A stretch of DNA of 64,000 nt from NCBI RefSeq assembly GCF_009914755.1, contig NC_060942.1, one strand, 5' to 3'. Each line of letters opens with the position of its first letter. The stretch's first letter is position 1. This document shows, piece after piece, positions 62,834 through 64,000 of this stretch. The notes beneath the pieces were generated by a model. It was not told the DNA's origin and did no database searches. It saw nothing but the letters and a program-made list of their open reading frames with translations. The translations under genes were made by a program, and so were the position numbers. The DNA is from the human T2T-CHM13v2.0 reference genome, Homo sapiens.

Positions 62834-63213
62834 AGTGCTGCTAGTTTGGAATCCAAAACAGTTAAATGCTTTTCATTGGTAAAATTACAGTCATGGACCT
62901 TCTACAAGTGTTAGAAATTATCATACCAATGCTTCAGTCACTGAATGTCAAATTTTCCATTTTGAAGTCACTTTCCTACTGTTTTCCTGCGCTTAATGGT
63001 TTAAAAATCTTTTCCTTTTAACACATTACTGCATTAAGGAATGATCAATGTACGTCTTTGTTTTCAACATCTTTGCTTCTTTTTCTTTTTCTAATCTTGT
63101 CCACAGCCGAAGTCTTTGCTTAATTCTTACATGTAGACAATAAGCTATTTCAAAACCAATAGTATTTAAAGGAACAAATAGACCTTGATGTATTTTAGAG
63201 TAATGTTTTCCAT

Positions 63214-63410
63214 TTATCTCTAGGCAGCAAACCAGATAAATAGTTAAGCTAAAAGGTTGGGGAAGAGTTCAGTTAGTCACCCCCTTCTACTGCCACTGCT
63301 TCTTTTAGCATTATAGCTGAGGGCTAATAGCAAATTGTTGATGGGTGTAGGAATATCAGTGGCCTTAAGAAAGTACCTCTGCCCTTTGATTTATAAATAG
63401 ATCACATGTG
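63214..63410. promoter_or_regulatory. Candidate muscle enhancer motifs (MEF2 + E-box + GATA) upstream of MIR133A1 on its strand
   Basis: TTATAAATAG (63391-63400) fits YTA(A/T)4TAR; adjacent CACATGTG E-boxes 63403-63410; TTATCT 63214-63219 and AGATAA 63234-63239. Motif match only. Confidence 0.4.
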
Positions 63411-64000
63411 TATTCAGTGTATTGCTTGGACTTGTGTCGAAAGGAACTACCATGCATGCCAGTTTTTCTTTGTTTTTGCTTACGTGGTGTTACTAATCAT
63501 AGCTTAGTAATTTAACCCTTTTAAAGGTCTATTTCCTTGACTAAGTTCTTTGTCATTTTGGGTACAGATTGCCAAGTTACTTCTCATTATCGCCTTAGTA
63601 ATACATGGTGGTTAGTTACAATCCATGGATACAAGTATTAAAATCTATTGTGTGGATAATACTTGAAAAATCAGAGTAAATTTTTGTCATAATGTGGTTT
63701 TACTGTTGATTTCAATGTCTTGAGAGGGGTGTCTTCTTGCATAAAATAAAAGTTTGATAAATTATAATTTGCCTATAAAGTTAAGTGCTCTCAGAGAAAT
63801 ATAGAGTAGAGAAATATTCTTTACAGTTACTATTTTAAACTGAGAGGTCAACGCTAATTCAGGCAGTATGCAAATGACTCTTACACTAAGTATATTCTGC
63901 GTCTGTTGGTTGGTAAGTATCATACTGCTGGTGAAATTAACTACAATTCTTTTTCATCATTTTTTCTAGTAGAAGTGAAACAGGTGTTAAACTGCCTAAA

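Noticed and set aside
63517-63527. Possible SRF CArG box CCTTTTAAAGG
   Set aside because: Has 7 A/T between CC and GG, not 6.
62834-64000. MIR1-2 hairpin
   Set aside because: Neither TGGAATGTAAAGAAGTATGTAT nor its reverse complement is visible; it is expected beyond the window end.

Overview
This window is primate, almost certainly human, genomic DNA from inside the MIB1 gene (Mind bomb E3 ubiquitin ligase 1, Notch pathway), on the + strand. Eleven GT-AG coding exons (exons 2-12 by my recollection of the gene) splice into one open frame of 1600 nt. That frame encodes the ZZ zinc finger, the second Mib-HERC2 domain, two Mib (REP) repeats and the first ankyrin repeats. The MIR133A1 hairpin lies antisense in the last intron (62746-62833). 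The introns are mostly Alu, L1, L2, MIR, LTR and DNA-transposon relics. I found no evidence for a wholly new biological system; this is a well-known locus. The most interesting less obvious signals are: a full-length, sense-oriented SNORA73/U17 retrocopy with its H box and m2 motif intact; a tailless 5' tRNA-Glu half flanked by a 15-bp target-site duplication (TSD); exon junctions that rebuild 5' splice sites; a sense LTR13-type solo LTR with a poly(A) signal; a 7SL retrocopy; a twin-primed L1; and several local duplications and inverted-Alu hairpins. Repeat subfamily names come from recalled consensus sequences and repeat boundaries are approximate.
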